This document shows, piece after piece, positions 1-9,306 of a stretch of 64,000 nucleotides of DNA. Within the stretch, counting starts at the first letter, position 1. Every line of letters begins with the position of its first letter. Position numbers and translations under genes: made by a program. Source of the DNA: Bdellovibrionota bacterium (GTDB lineage: Bacteria; Bdellovibrionota; UBA1018; CAIPTA01; JAALKR01); NCBI GenBank assembly GCA_965207455.1, contig CBDBMJ010000003.1, positions 128,001 to 192,000 on the forward strand, read 5' to 3'. A model generated the notes under the pieces. That model was not told the DNA's origin and ran no database searches. It saw only the letters and a program-made list of their open reading frames with translations.

Positions 1-2
1 CG

Positions 3-218
3 TTGATGATTGGCGACGAGATAAAAACACACCAATTTGCCTCTGCCCTGTATGAGATGGGAGTGTTTGCCACCGTGGTGGTTTTTCCTGCCGTGCCTGC
101 TGGTCAAGCCATGATTCGCACTAGCTATATGGCCAATCATACACAAAAGGAATTGGACTACGTTTTAGACATGTGCCAGAAACTCGGCAAGAAGTTCAAC
201 ATACTCACCCCTCAGTAG
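3..218 (+). CDS. C-terminal part of an alpha-oxoamine synthase (serine palmitoyltransferase/BioF/Kbl family), truncated by the window edge
   Basis: GVFATVVVFPAVPAGQAMIRTSYMANHT is the typical C-terminus of the family; abuts a bCerS-like gene. Confidence 0.75.
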   Translation: MMIGDEIKTHQFASALYEMGVFATVVVFPAVPAGQAMIRTSYMANHTQKELDYVLDMCQKLGKKFNILTPQ

Positions 219-1366
219 TGAATTTCCGCTTAGTCCAGTTTAGTCCAGCAAAAAACTCCAAAGAATTAAAGCGTTTTGTCTCCCTGCCTTGGTCGATCTA
301 TAAAAATCAAGCCAACTGGATTCCTCCTTTGCGCCTAAAGGTTTTGGAAGATCTGGACACAAAGAAAAATCCCTTCTACTGCCATGCCAGCATTCAGTTA
401 TGGAATGCCTACGACGGGAAGGAGCATGTGGGGCGTATTGCAGCCGTTAAAGATGAGCGATATAACGAAATTCACAAAAAGGAAATGGCGTTCTTTGGTT
501 TTTTCGAATCTGTCGATCGGACTGAGGTGGCAGAAGCCCTATTTACGGCAGTGGAGTCGTGGGCAAAACAGCAAAACCTTAGTGCCGTTCAAGGACCCGT
601 AAACCCCAGCTTAAACCACGCTGCGGGATTGCAGATCAATGCCTTTGAACGGGAGCCCTATATTATGACCACTCAAAATCCTCCCTACTATGAAAAGTTG
701 CTCACCCACTGTTCCTACCAAAAAGCAAAGGACTTATTCTGCCATGAATTTGATTTTGAAAATGATGATATTCCTGCGATAACAAAAAAAATATGCGAAC
801 GTATCCGTCGAAAAAATAAAGTTACTATTCGTTGTATTGACAAAAAAAATCTCAAGCAGGATATCAAGTACATCCAAGATATTTATAACGACGCTTGGGA
901 AGACAACTGGGGATTCGTACCACTGGACGACCATGAATTTGATTTTATGGCAAAGGGTATGAAAGATATTCTATGGTCAAACTTTTGCTTACTAGCAATG
1001 GTCAATGGAGAACATATGGCTATGGTACTCTCCCTACCGGACATCCACCAAGTCCAAAAGAAAATACCCAATGGAAAGCTCCTTCCCTTTGGCATTTTCA
1101 AACTCCTATCGAACCTGTGGCGACCAAATTCTGGATGCATCAACCAAACCCGTCAGCTCATTATAGGCATAAAATCCAAGTACCGATCCACGGGGGTGTT
1201 GACCTTACTTGCGTATGAGATATACCAACGATCCATAAATAGTAATATTCGTAGATCAGAGGTGGGGTGGATTCTGGAAAATAACCATCTGGCCAACAAA
1301 ACGGTGGAGCAGTATACGAGAAAGCCGCCCTATAAAACGTACCGAATCTACGAGAAAACACTCTAA
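218..1366 (+). CDS. GNAT-fold acyltransferase resembling bacterial ceramide synthase
   Basis: Motifs WIPPL, NPFY, GRIAA, FFGFFES, YNDAWEDNWGFVP, WILENN, YKTYRIY; in-frame GTG at 218 overlaps the upstream stop codon. Confidence 0.7.
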   Translation: MNFRLVQFSPAKNSKELKRFVSLPWSIYKNQANWIPPLRLKVLEDLDTKKNPFYCHASIQLWNAYDGKEHVGRIAAVKDERYNEIHKKEMAFFGFFESVDRTEVAEALFTAVESWAKQQNLSAVQGPVNPSLNHAAGLQINAFEREPYIMTTQNPPYYEKLLTHCSYQKAKDLFCHEFDFENDDIPAITKKICERIRRKNKVTIRCIDKKNLKQDIKYIQDIYNDAWEDNWGFVPLDDHEFDFMAKGMKDILWSNFCLLAMVNGEHMAMVLSLPDIHQVQKKIPNGKLLPFGIFKLLSNLWRPNSGCINQTRQLIIGIKSKYRSTGVLTLLAYEIYQRSINSNIRRSEVGWILENNHLANKTVEQYTRKPPYKTYRIYEKTL

Positions 1367-1405
1367 GGCTCCAAAATTTACTTCCTGTATGCTAGCCTTA
1401 AACTT

Positions 1406-1912
1406 ATGAAAGTAATGGGGATAGACCCGGGTTCCGTCTGTATGGGGCTTGGTTGTATTGAAAGCCAAGATAGAAGCCTTATGTATGTGGGTCACCGCTT
1501 GGTCAACGTAAAAATGAAAAAGGAAAGTTCGTGGGTTGAGCGTATTAGAATTATTTACTCTTCCGTCCAGGAGCAAATCAAACTTTGGCAGCCGGATTGT
1601 GTGGCTATTGAAAATGTATTTATGTCTCAGAATGCTAGTAGCGCCTTAAAACTAGGACAAGCCCGGGGAAGTGCCATTGCTGCTGTGGCCATGGCCAACC
1701 TTCCTCTCCACGAATATTCTCCACGGAGCATTAAACAGAGTGTGGCCTCCTACGGCAATGCCAATAAGCAGCAGGTCGCTTCCATGGTGGCCCTTCTCCT
1801 TGGCAACTCCCTCAAGCAACACTCCCTACAGGCCGATGTCTCCGACGCCCTAGCCACTGCCATTTGCCATACTCAACACCAAAGGCTATATTGTCAACAG
1901 GACGCTAGATAA
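1406..1912 (+). CDS. ruvC: Holliday junction resolvase RuvC
   Basis: GIDPG, AIENVF, LKLGQARG, DALATAICH; first gene of ruvCAB. Confidence 0.97.
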   Translation: MKVMGIDPGSVCMGLGCIESQDRSLMYVGHRLVNVKMKKESSWVERIRIIYSSVQEQIKLWQPDCVAIENVFMSQNASSALKLGQARGSAIAAVAMANLPLHEYSPRSIKQSVASYGNANKQQVASMVALLLGNSLKQHSLQADVSDALATAICHTQHQRLYCQQDAR

Positions 1913-2565
1913 TGATTGCACGCTTAAAAGGAATTTTAGAGGAGAACACTACGGACCAGGTGATTGTGGATGTGCATTCCGTGGGTTACTCCTTGAAAGT
2001 ACCTGAACGCATACGCCAGCAGCTTCCCCCCATTGGTTCCCCCATCACTTTTGAAATCTATACCCACATTCGAGAGGATGTTATGGATTTGTACGGTTTT
2101 GTGTGCAGCTTGGAGCGACGCTTGTTTATGCTACTGATTAGTGCCAATGGTGTGGGTCCTAAGATGGCTTTGAAAATTCTTTCCCATCTGGAGAGCGAGC
2201 AATTACTCCATGCCATTCAAACAAAAAATATGGGTTTGTTCACAGCGATTCCTGGTATTGGTCCTAAAAAAGTGGAGAAGTTACTTTTGGAGTTAAGTGA
2301 TAAATGCAAAAAGTCTTTTTCCTCTCTAATGACTGATCAAAAAGTCGCCCCTCTTTCTCCCCTGGGTGTTAATGGACTAGAGGTCAGTTTGACGGAAGCC
2401 CTAACCACTCTTGGCTACAAGGACATGGAAGCTCGACAAACGATCCGTTATGTATTGGAAGCCCACGACCCCAAAGAGAAATTTGAGCAAACACTCAAGC
2501 GTTGCCTCCAGCAAATTCGACGTGCTGGAAGTAATCGTAGCAACGAGGTAAGTAAATGGATTTAG
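1912..2565 (+). CDS. ruvA: Holliday junction DNA-binding subunit RuvA
   Basis: MIARLKG, HIRED..LYGF, GVGPKMA, IPGIGPK. Confidence 0.97.
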   Translation: MIARLKGILEENTTDQVIVDVHSVGYSLKVPERIRQQLPPIGSPITFEIYTHIREDVMDLYGFVCSLERRLFMLLISANGVGPKMALKILSHLESEQLLHAIQTKNMGLFTAIPGIGPKKVEKLLLELSDKCKKSFSSLMTDQKVAPLSPLGVNGLEVSLTEALTTLGYKDMEARQTIRYVLEAHDPKEKFEQTLKRCLQQIRRAGSNRSNEVSKWI

Positions 2566-3611
2566 AAATTCCCACAAATCCCAACCTTATAACAAAGAAA
2601 AATTCTCCAGAGGAGGGCAAGCAGGAGGTTAGGATTCGTCCTCAGTCCTTTGACCAGTTTATTGGACAAACGAAGGTGAAGGAAAATTTATTGTTATTTA
2701 TTCAGGCAGCGAAAAAGCGACAGGAGCCTTTGGATCATTGTCTACTGTCTGGTCCTCCGGGCTTGGGGAAAACTACTCTTGCCAATCTTATTGCTAAGGA
2801 AAAGGGAACTCAGCTCTTCACCTTAAGTGGGCCCGCACTGGATAAAAAGGGCGACATTGCTTCTATCCTCACCGACCTACTTCCTGGTGATATTTTATTT
2901 ATCGATGAAATCCACCGCATTCCCATCGCCATAGAGGAGGTTCTTTATTCCGCAATGGAGGACAGTCATTTAGATATTATTTTAGGGCAGGGACCTGGAG
3001 CGCGTTCTGTTCGTATTGATCTTTCTCCTTTTACTCTAGTGGGTGCCACCACACGTTCTGGTCTTCTATCTTCTCCCCTAAGGGATCGGTTTGGTATTCA
3101 CTTCAACTTGGAATTTTATAATCCCAAGGATCTCTCGAAAGTGGTGGATCAGGGAGCGCGCTTTTTAAATATTTCCATCACTCCGGATGGGGCCCGGGAG
3201 CTTTCCACCCGTTCTAGGGGAACTCCCCGAGTAGCTCTGAGGTTACTAAGAAGGGCCAGGGATTTTGCTCAAATTCAAAACAAAAGGGAAATCGACTTGG
3301 AGGTTGTTTGCGAGGCGCTCCAGCGCTTGGATGTGGACCATAAAGGACTCGACGCCATGGACAGAAAAATCCTGCTCACCATTATTGACCTATTTGATGG
3401 TGGACCGGTGGGACTGGACACCATTTCTGCAAGCATTGGTGAGGAGGCGCGAACGGTGGGGGAGGTATACGAGCCTTTTCTCCTCCAGCAGGGTCTGCTC
3501 CAGCGCACCCCAAGGGGAAGGGTGGCTGGCCCTCTTGCCTACCAGCATTTAAATAGGAAGCCCAAGGCCACTAATGGCACAAGATTCAGCACTGGAGGGG
3601 AAAAGGTTTAG
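2556..3611 (+). CDS. ruvB: Holliday junction helicase RuvB
   Basis: Walker A GPPGLGKT, FIDEIH, GATTR, LRDRFG, RTPRGR. Confidence 0.98.
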   Translation: MDLEIPTNPNLITKKNSPEEGKQEVRIRPQSFDQFIGQTKVKENLLLFIQAAKKRQEPLDHCLLSGPPGLGKTTLANLIAKEKGTQLFTLSGPALDKKGDIASILTDLLPGDILFIDEIHRIPIAIEEVLYSAMEDSHLDIILGQGPGARSVRIDLSPFTLVGATTRSGLLSSPLRDRFGIHFNLEFYNPKDLSKVVDQGARFLNISITPDGARELSTRSRGTPRVALRLLRRARDFAQIQNKREIDLEVVCEALQRLDVDHKGLDAMDRKILLTIIDLFDGGPVGLDTISASIGEEARTVGEVYEPFLLQQGLLQRTPRGRVAGPLAYQHLNRKPKATNGTRFSTGGEKV

Positions 3612-3651
3612 AAAAAAAAAGGTCACTTAATGAAGAAGCGGCATCAAAACC

Positions 3652-3679
3652 TTGACACCAGTCCAAACTACGAGATACT
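3652..3679 (+). promoter_or_regulatory. sigma70-type promoter of the tRNA pair
   Basis: TTGACA-16 nt-GATACT just upstream of tRNA-Lys. Confidence 0.5.
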
Positions 3680-3689
3680 CAATTTTTAG

Positions 3690-3766
3690 GGGCCAATAGC
3701 TCAGTTGGTTAGAGCATCTCCCTTTTAAGGAGAGGGTCGAAGGTTCGAGTCCTTCTTGGCTCACCA
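3690..3766 (+). tRNA. tRNA-Lys(UUU)
   Basis: Acceptor stem GGGCCAA/TTGGCTC, anticodon arm TCTCC-CTTTTAA-GGAGA, GTTCGAG T-loop, encoded CCA. Confidence 0.97.
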
Positions 3767-3776
3767 TAAAAATTAT

Positions 3777-3854
3777 GTTCCCATCGTCTAGCCTGGTCTA
3801 GGACATCTCCCTTTCACGGAGAAAACAGGGGTTCGAATCCCCTTGGGAATGCCA
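3777..3854 (+). tRNA. tRNA-Glu(UUC)
   Basis: Acceptor stem GTTCCCA/TGGGAAT, anticodon arm TCTCC-CTTTCAC-GGAGA, GTTCGAA T-loop, encoded CCA. Confidence 0.96.
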
Positions 3855-4183
3855 ACTACCCCAAACAAAAACATCCATCAAACCGAAAGCACCAACCCCC
3901 AATGTAATAAAAGCAAAGGGGATTCGAACACGAAGCAATGACCCGCGCTGGCTTTGAGCTGGCGAGGAGCTAGTGAGGGGAAAAAAATCACGAGGATTTT
4001 TTAAATTGCGTAGGAGAGCCTACGCAGCGAAATCCCTGGAGGGGATTTTGTGTAGTAGGTCGGCCCCTTGGGAATGCCAACTACCCCAAACAAAAACATC
4101 CATCAAACCGAAAGCACCAACCCCCAATGTAATAAAAGCAAAGGGGATTCGAACACGAAGCAATGACCCGCGCTGGCTTTGAG
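3839..4183. repeat. 120-bp direct repeat (3839-3958 and 4064-4183) beginning in the tRNA-Glu 3' end, with a hairpin-rich spacer
   Basis: Both copies read CCCCTTGGGAATGCCAACTACCCC...CGCGCTGGCTTTGAG. Confidence 0.95.
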
Positions 4184-4208
4184 TTAGCGCAGCGCGCACA
4201 CCATCAAG

Positions 4209-5264
4209 TTAGGAGAGTCCTAATTCATACCAGCTTCCACGACCTTTTCCACACAGCACCAGATGGTTTTTTCTAAGCAATGCCCTGAAATGTTCTTTCA
4301 GGGTGTTACGACTTACGCCGGTAATTTTAATCATATCAGCCATTGTGACTCGTCCATGTTGACGAGCATGATCCAGGATTTGCAGGGATAACTCTGGCAA
4401 GCTGGATGCGATTATTTTCTCCCGTTTAACCTTTTTGCCAAGGTTGCGGCTTTGCTGTAGCAAAATCTGTAGAAAATAAATTATCCAGGGTTGCCAATCG
4501 GGATTTTCAGTACGGATCGTGCCTTGTGTTTGTCGTAAGGCCAAGTAATAGGTATCTTTATTTTTTTCGATCACGCTTTCCAAAGAGCTATACGGCACAT
4601 AAGCATAGCCGGCGCGGAGTAAAAGCAATGTGGTTAAAACACGGCTTAATCGACCGTTCCCGTCTACAAACGGGTGAATCTCTAAAAACACCACAATAAA
4701 CACAGCAATTGTCAAAAGTGGGTGCAATGATTTAGTTTCCAGTGTTTCATTTGCCCAAGCGACAATCTCGCTCATTAGTGCCGGTGTTTCAAAAGGTGTG
4801 GCCGTTTCAAATACGACTCCAACCTGCTTACCCGTTTCATCAAAGGCAGCGACGTTATTGGATGATGTTTTATATTCTCCACAATGATGATTATCTTTTT
4901 CCACGTACTTTAAGAGATCACGATGGAGTTGTTTGATGTGATTTTCGCTCAGGTGAATATCTTCCCATGACTGAAATACCAATTCCATCACTTCGGCGTA
5001 ACCGGCCACTTCTTGTTCATTGCGTGTTCCAAAATATTTGATCTGCAAATTGGACAGCAATTTTTCCACTTCACGATCAGAAAGCTTACTGCCTTCAATG
5101 CGTGTGGAAGATCCGATACTTTCAATGGTAGCAACACGTCGCAGAGTGTCTAAGCGATCTGGCGCAAGCGTTCCTAAAGCACGCCAAGCTCCTTTAAATT
5201 CATCAATTTCAGCAATGAGCCCAAGGATCTTCTGCGTAATATTAAGTGTCTTTGTTTCTATCAT
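4209..5264 (-). CDS. Fic family protein with C-terminal winged HTH
   Basis: Intact HPFVDGNGRLSR motif; SSTRIEG; ends GKGRGSWY; likely start MIETK at 5264. Confidence 0.93.
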   Translation of the reverse strand: MIETKTLNITQKILGLIAEIDEFKGAWRALGTLAPDRLDTLRRVATIESIGSSTRIEGSKLSDREVEKLLSNLQIKYFGTRNEQEVAGYAEVMELVFQSWEDIHLSENHIKQLHRDLLKYVEKDNHHCGEYKTSSNNVAAFDETGKQVGVVFETATPFETPALMSEIVAWANETLETKSLHPLLTIAVFIVVFLEIHPFVDGNGRLSRVLTTLLLLRAGYAYVPYSSLESVIEKNKDTYYLALRQTQGTIRTENPDWQPWIIYFLQILLQQSRNLGKKVKREKIIASSLPELSLQILDHARQHGRVTMADMIKITGVSRNTLKEHFRALLRKNHLVLCGKGRGSWYELGLS

Positions 5265-5317
5265 ATACCCATTTATATACCCATAAACACCCATTTGTAC
5301 ACCCATAAACACCCATT
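5265..5317. promoter_or_regulatory. Five phased ACCCAT direct repeats directly upstream of fic (putative operator)
   Basis: ACCCAT at 5267, 5279, 5289, 5301 and 5311. Confidence 0.6.
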
Positions 5318-5443
5318 ACGAAAAAGCCCTAAATACGGGTCTCTAAAGTTATAATGCTAGGGCTGGAGCGGAAGCAAAAAGAAAAATATCAGATTAATTC
5401 AATAAAATCAAAGCGATACTGCTAAATAAAAATCAGACTATTT

Positions 5444-6370
5444 TTAAAATCCGCTGGTACAGCGAAACCCAATATTGTCTGCTGTTGTAGACGGGCTTTC
5501 CAATAAATTCACAGAAAAAATCCCCGGCCCTGAGTTACTGGATTCATCATAGGAGGCACCTCGAAAAACACCCTTGTTGCTCTCGTCAGGTGATATGAGA
5601 TAAGCATAGCCCAAGCCACCCCATGGATTATCGTTCAAGGTACTATAGTCTTCAGCAGGACCAAATTGATCTTTAGCTGTTCTCTCTGGTCCTCCACCAA
5701 GAGAGGCCCTTTCTGTGCGAATATCTTCTATTTGTGACACATAAGTAGAAGAACCATATTCCCCATCTGCAGCGTGGATCTCTTTTATCCACTCACTAAC
5801 ATTTCCAGAAAAATCCCAGATCACTTCCCCATTGGAAAGAACATGGGTACGACGATTTTTATGCCACTCACGAAGACTGCACTCCTGACCCGTTCCCTCA
5901 CAAGCCATGGTATCGTCGCTAGCGGCCGCTATCGCTGCTGTGGCTGAAGGACCAAAATAACCTCGATTGATTTCTTCCCCATCGATACCAACAACACCTG
6001 TCTTCCAATTTTGCCTAACTGATTCAATGTTTCTAGCGATAGCCTGCCACCGATCGTTGGTAATAAGATCATAGCCTTCTCCTAGGGCTTGGCACGCCTC
6101 CAGTGCTCCCTGTTGGGAAATGTTTGCCCAAGGAGTTCCTTCAGCTAAGGAGGAGGCTCGGGCAGTGGCTTCCTCCGCTTGTCCTTCTGGCTCTACTTTT
6201 TTCATTTCATACTTGGCAACACAAAAGGAAATGCTGGAATATTCTCCGAGCGGAGGCACCTGTATAAAATTTTCTGGGCAGGACAAACTTTTGCCACTAC
6301 AAGCCGTTAGCACAAAGCCGCAAGCCAGAAAAAAGATAACACGATATGTAAAACCATCCACAAGACCCAT
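5444..6370 (-). CDS. Lipoprotein with FGE-sulfatase/SUMF1-like (C-type lectin fold) domain
   Basis: Lipobox LTAC; CPENF, FCVAKYEMK, WDFSGNVSEW, terminal GFRC; paralog of 22802-23689. Confidence 0.75.
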   Translation of the reverse strand: MGLVDGFTYRVIFFLACGFVLTACSGKSLSCPENFIQVPPLGEYSSISFCVAKYEMKKVEPEGQAEEATARASSLAEGTPWANISQQGALEACQALGEGYDLITNDRWQAIARNIESVRQNWKTGVVGIDGEEINRGYFGPSATAAIAAASDDTMACEGTGQECSLREWHKNRRTHVLSNGEVIWDFSGNVSEWIKEIHAADGEYGSSTYVSQIEDIRTERASLGGGPERTAKDQFGPAEDYSTLNDNPWGGLGYAYLISPDESNKGVFRGASYDESSNSGPGIFSVNLLESPSTTADNIGFRCTSGF

Positions 6371-6481
6371 ACCCGTTATAATAAACTAATCCCAGAACAA
6401 TGACAATACATATCTTGACTCCCAGAGAGATCTGTGTGGAAATATAGTAAATTTCTAAGCGATATAACAAAGGAGAACACT

Positions 6482-6730
6482 ATGAGCGAACAGGATATGA
6501 ATGCAGAGTTAGAGAAACTTCGTCAAGAGAATGCACAACTTAAAAAAGCGGGTTCTAAAAGTAGGGATCTAAGCCTCAAGGTCAGCCAAAAGGGCGCTGT
6601 TTCTTTGTATGGAATGGGTCGATTCCCTGTGACGCTATACCAAGAACAATGGAGCCGAGTGCTGGATTTTTCCGACGAAATACGTTCTTTTATATCTGAA
6701 AACGAAGGCCAGTTGAAAACAAAAAACTAG
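6482..6730 (+). CDS. Small hypothetical protein with N-terminal coiled coil
   Basis: RBS AAGGAG; LKVSQKGAVSLYGMGRFPVTLY looks like a conserved uncharacterised family. Confidence 0.75.
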   Translation: MSEQDMNAELEKLRQENAQLKKAGSKSRDLSLKVSQKGAVSLYGMGRFPVTLYQEQWSRVLDFSDEIRSFISENEGQLKTKN

Positions 6731-6752
6731 GGTCTGCCATCTTCGAAACACG

Positions 6753-7295
6753 CTATTGCACAGTATAGTTAGAAAAATACGTTTCCATCACAGTGCCCGT
6801 TTTCAGTAATTTATTGATCCCCTTGGTAATGGAGTGACGAATTAAAGCGCTGGGTTCACTGTTCGTTAACTCCAAATAACTTTTCGACGCAATGACTGAG
6901 TGAATTAAATCTTCTATTTTCACCTGAATGGCTTCTACCTCTTCCAAGCAACGCTTGTTATTGCACCGTAAGGACACCTCTAAATTCGCATAGTGGAAAC
7001 GCTTCGATCCCCTTCTTCCCTTAAGATTCACATTCATCTCAGGGAGGGTTACGATATGAACCGTGTCTTCCACAAGAGCACCCATATCCACTTTTCTTTC
7101 TAAGTCTTTGGCTGCGTCCATTTCCTTAGACGGTTCCTGTTGATAAATAATTTGAGTATAGAAAATATAGGAAACCCCACCAAGAACGATAATGATATTG
7201 AAAAGGGCAAGAAAAAAAACGGGTGCGCTTAAGCCTAAAATAATAAAAGGCTTTTTTTCCTCTTCAGCGCTTTGAGAAATTTCAGTGTCTGCCAT
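6753..7295 (-). CDS. fliL: Flagellar basal body-associated FliL family protein
   Basis: N-terminal TM helix, MNVNL, ends YFSNYTVQ. Confidence 0.75.
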   Translation of the reverse strand: MADTEISQSAEEEKKPFIILGLSAPVFFLALFNIIIVLGGVSYIFYTQIIYQQEPSKEMDAAKDLERKVDMGALVEDTVHIVTLPEMNVNLKGRRGSKRFHYANLEVSLRCNNKRCLEEVEAIQVKIEDLIHSVIASKSYLELTNSEPSALIRHSITKGINKLLKTGTVMETYFSNYTVQ

Positions 7296-8400
7296 CCAGC
7301 TTTACTGCTTCAAAAGGTAAGTTTAGGTCATCAGCTACTTGTTTATAAGCCACCTTTCCATTATACACATTTACTCCTCGATACAAAGCCGAATCTCTTG
7401 CTATGGCTTCCTTAAAACCCAATTCCGCTAAGGATTGAGCATATTTCAAGGTACGGTTTGTAAGAGCGTAAGCGGATGTTTTCGCTACCGCGCTGGGCAT
7501 GTTTGTTACACCGTAATGGATCACTCCTTGCTCCCGGTAGGTGGGATTGGAGTGGGAAGTGGGTCGGATGGTTTCAATACAACCACCCTGGTCTATGGCA
7601 ACGTCCACAATTACGGAACCCTCCTCCATCGACGAAACCATCTCCTTAGTTACCAACTTAGGCGCCCGAGCGCCGGGAAGTAAAACAGTACCAATCAGAA
7701 GGTCCGCTTCCTTTACCGCATTTCCCACGTTGATGGGATTGGAGTACAGGGTGGAGATAGTGTTACCGAAAATCTCGTCTAAGTATTGCAGGCGGGTCAT
7801 GTTGATATCCAATAACGTAACTTGAGCTCCCATACCCATAGCGATCATCGCTGCATTTGTACCTGCTGTTCCCGCACCAAGAATAGAAACTTTTGCTCTC
7901 TTCACGCCGGGAACTCCAGAGAGGAGCACTCCTTTTCCGCCGCTATCCTTTTGCAAATAATGGGATCCAATTTGTGTAGCCATACGCCCTGCCACCTCGG
8001 ACATGGGTATAAGAAGGGGAAGGGATTTATCTTCCAACTGAATGGTTTCGTATGCAATAGCCGTCACACCTCTCTCCATCAGTTCCATGGTGAGTTTCCG
8101 CTCAGGGGCTAGGTGGAGGTATGTATAGAGGATATGACCCTCTCGTAGAAGGTCTAAGTCTTGTTGTATGGGTTCCTTAACTTTAATGATCATTTCCCCA
8201 TTGTGGAAAACCTCTTCTGCGGTAGCAAGCACTTGAGCACCCGCTTGTTCAAAATCCTCGTCGGTAATACTGGCAGCTATGCCAGCGTCCTTTTGTACAA
8301 ACACGGTATGTCCTTGGTTCACCAATGCTCGCACACCTCCAGGCACAAGCCCCACTCGGTTTTCGTTATTTTTTATTTCCTTTGGTACTCCTATTTTCAT
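7282..8400 (-). CDS. ald: Alanine dehydrogenase
   Basis: MKIGVPKEIKNNENRV, YLHLA, MSEVAGRMA, DVAIDQGGC. Confidence 0.97.
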   Translation of the reverse strand: MKIGVPKEIKNNENRVGLVPGGVRALVNQGHTVFVQKDAGIAASITDEDFEQAGAQVLATAEEVFHNGEMIIKVKEPIQQDLDLLREGHILYTYLHLAPERKLTMELMERGVTAIAYETIQLEDKSLPLLIPMSEVAGRMATQIGSHYLQKDSGGKGVLLSGVPGVKRAKVSILGAGTAGTNAAMIAMGMGAQVTLLDINMTRLQYLDEIFGNTISTLYSNPINVGNAVKEADLLIGTVLLPGARAPKLVTKEMVSSMEEGSVIVDVAIDQGGCIETIRPTSHSNPTYREQGVIHYGVTNMPSAVAKTSAYALTNRTLKYAQSLAELGFKEAIARDSALYRGVNVYNGKVAYKQVADDLNLPFEAVKLDGRH

Positions 8401-8416
8401 GTTCTCTTTCCTTTCG

Positions 8417-9259
8417 TTATGGTTGTACATATAAACGAAGTCCATCATAGGCTGGGACTATGCGTGGTGGCAATATTTTTCGAAATTTTTCATACTCCAA
8501 TTCATGGCTCATATGGGTAAATACGGTTTTTTTAGCGTTGATGCTGCGAGCATAATCCAGTGCTGCCTCCACATGCAAGTGGGTGGGGTGGGGGGCTACC
8601 CTGAGACAACTTAAAATAAGCAGGTCGAGATTTTTTAGTTTCCCAAGCGTTTGAGGAGAAATTTTATGACAGTCGGTGATGTAGGCCATGGTGCCAATGC
8701 GGTAACCAAGAACTTTCATTTTCCCATGGGCGACGGGCAGGGGTAGGATCTCTATTTTTTGTAGTTGGGTGTGGGAAGTGTGTTGGAGTCGGAAGGGTTT
8801 ATCGTCGGCCACCGGCTGTAGCTGTACCTTGGGGGAACTGCTTAAGTTTTTCAGGGAGGAGAAAATATAAGCGAATCGTCGTTGAATTGCTTCCAACACT
8901 TTCTTTTCACCATAAAAGGGAATCGCCCCGCCCTGATAAAAATTAAAGGGGCGTATGTCGTCAATACCATGGATATGATCCGCATGATCATGGGTGACAA
9001 GTACTGCGTCTAACCTTGGGTTGCGCGCAGGGAAAAAGCGTAGCACCTGTTGGCGCAAGTCAGGAGAAGTGTCGATCAATATGGAACCTTTCCCAGGACC
9101 CAATGGCTCCACAAGACAACTTGCCCGCAAGCGATTATTTTTTGGTTCCTGGAATTTTTTTTTCGTTTGTTGACCAATGATGGGCGAACCGAGGGAAGTT
9201 CCAGAACCCAAGATAGTAATGCGCATTTTTGGTTTACCTTGCCGCCGTTTTTGTGACAT
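8417..9259 (-). CDS. MBL-fold metallohydrolase (PhnP/YcfH-like)
   Basis: LGSGTS, IDTSPDLRQQ, THDHADHIHGIDD, THMSH, AYDGL. Confidence 0.9.
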   Translation of the reverse strand: MSQKRRQGKPKMRITILGSGTSLGSPIIGQQTKKKFQEPKNNRLRASCLVEPLGPGKGSILIDTSPDLRQQVLRFFPARNPRLDAVLVTHDHADHIHGIDDIRPFNFYQGGAIPFYGEKKVLEAIQRRFAYIFSSLKNLSSSPKVQLQPVADDKPFRLQHTSHTQLQKIEILPLPVAHGKMKVLGYRIGTMAYITDCHKISPQTLGKLKNLDLLILSCLRVAPHPTHLHVEAALDYARSINAKKTVFTHMSHELEYEKFRKILPPRIVPAYDGLRLYVQP

Positions 9260-9306
9260 AACATTCTTCTAGCACTTTGTGCGCGTATAGGAAATAGGAA
9301 GCCAAT

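Noticed and set aside
3973..4182. 69-aa ORF downstream of tRNA-Glu
   Set aside because: Lies within the repeat and hairpin region, has no recognisable motif and is probably spurious.
3839..4183. CRISPR array, or attL/attR of a prophage
   Set aside because: Only two 120-bp copies 225 bp apart; no spacer series, cas genes, integrase or phage genes.
5444..5560. Complete diversity-generating retroelement targeting the GFRC-ending genes
   Set aside because: No reverse transcriptase and no template-repeat copy of either 3' end were found in the window.
6753..8400. Overlap of ald and fliL as a functional link
   Set aside because: Short overlaps are common in compact genomes, and nothing else supports a shared function.
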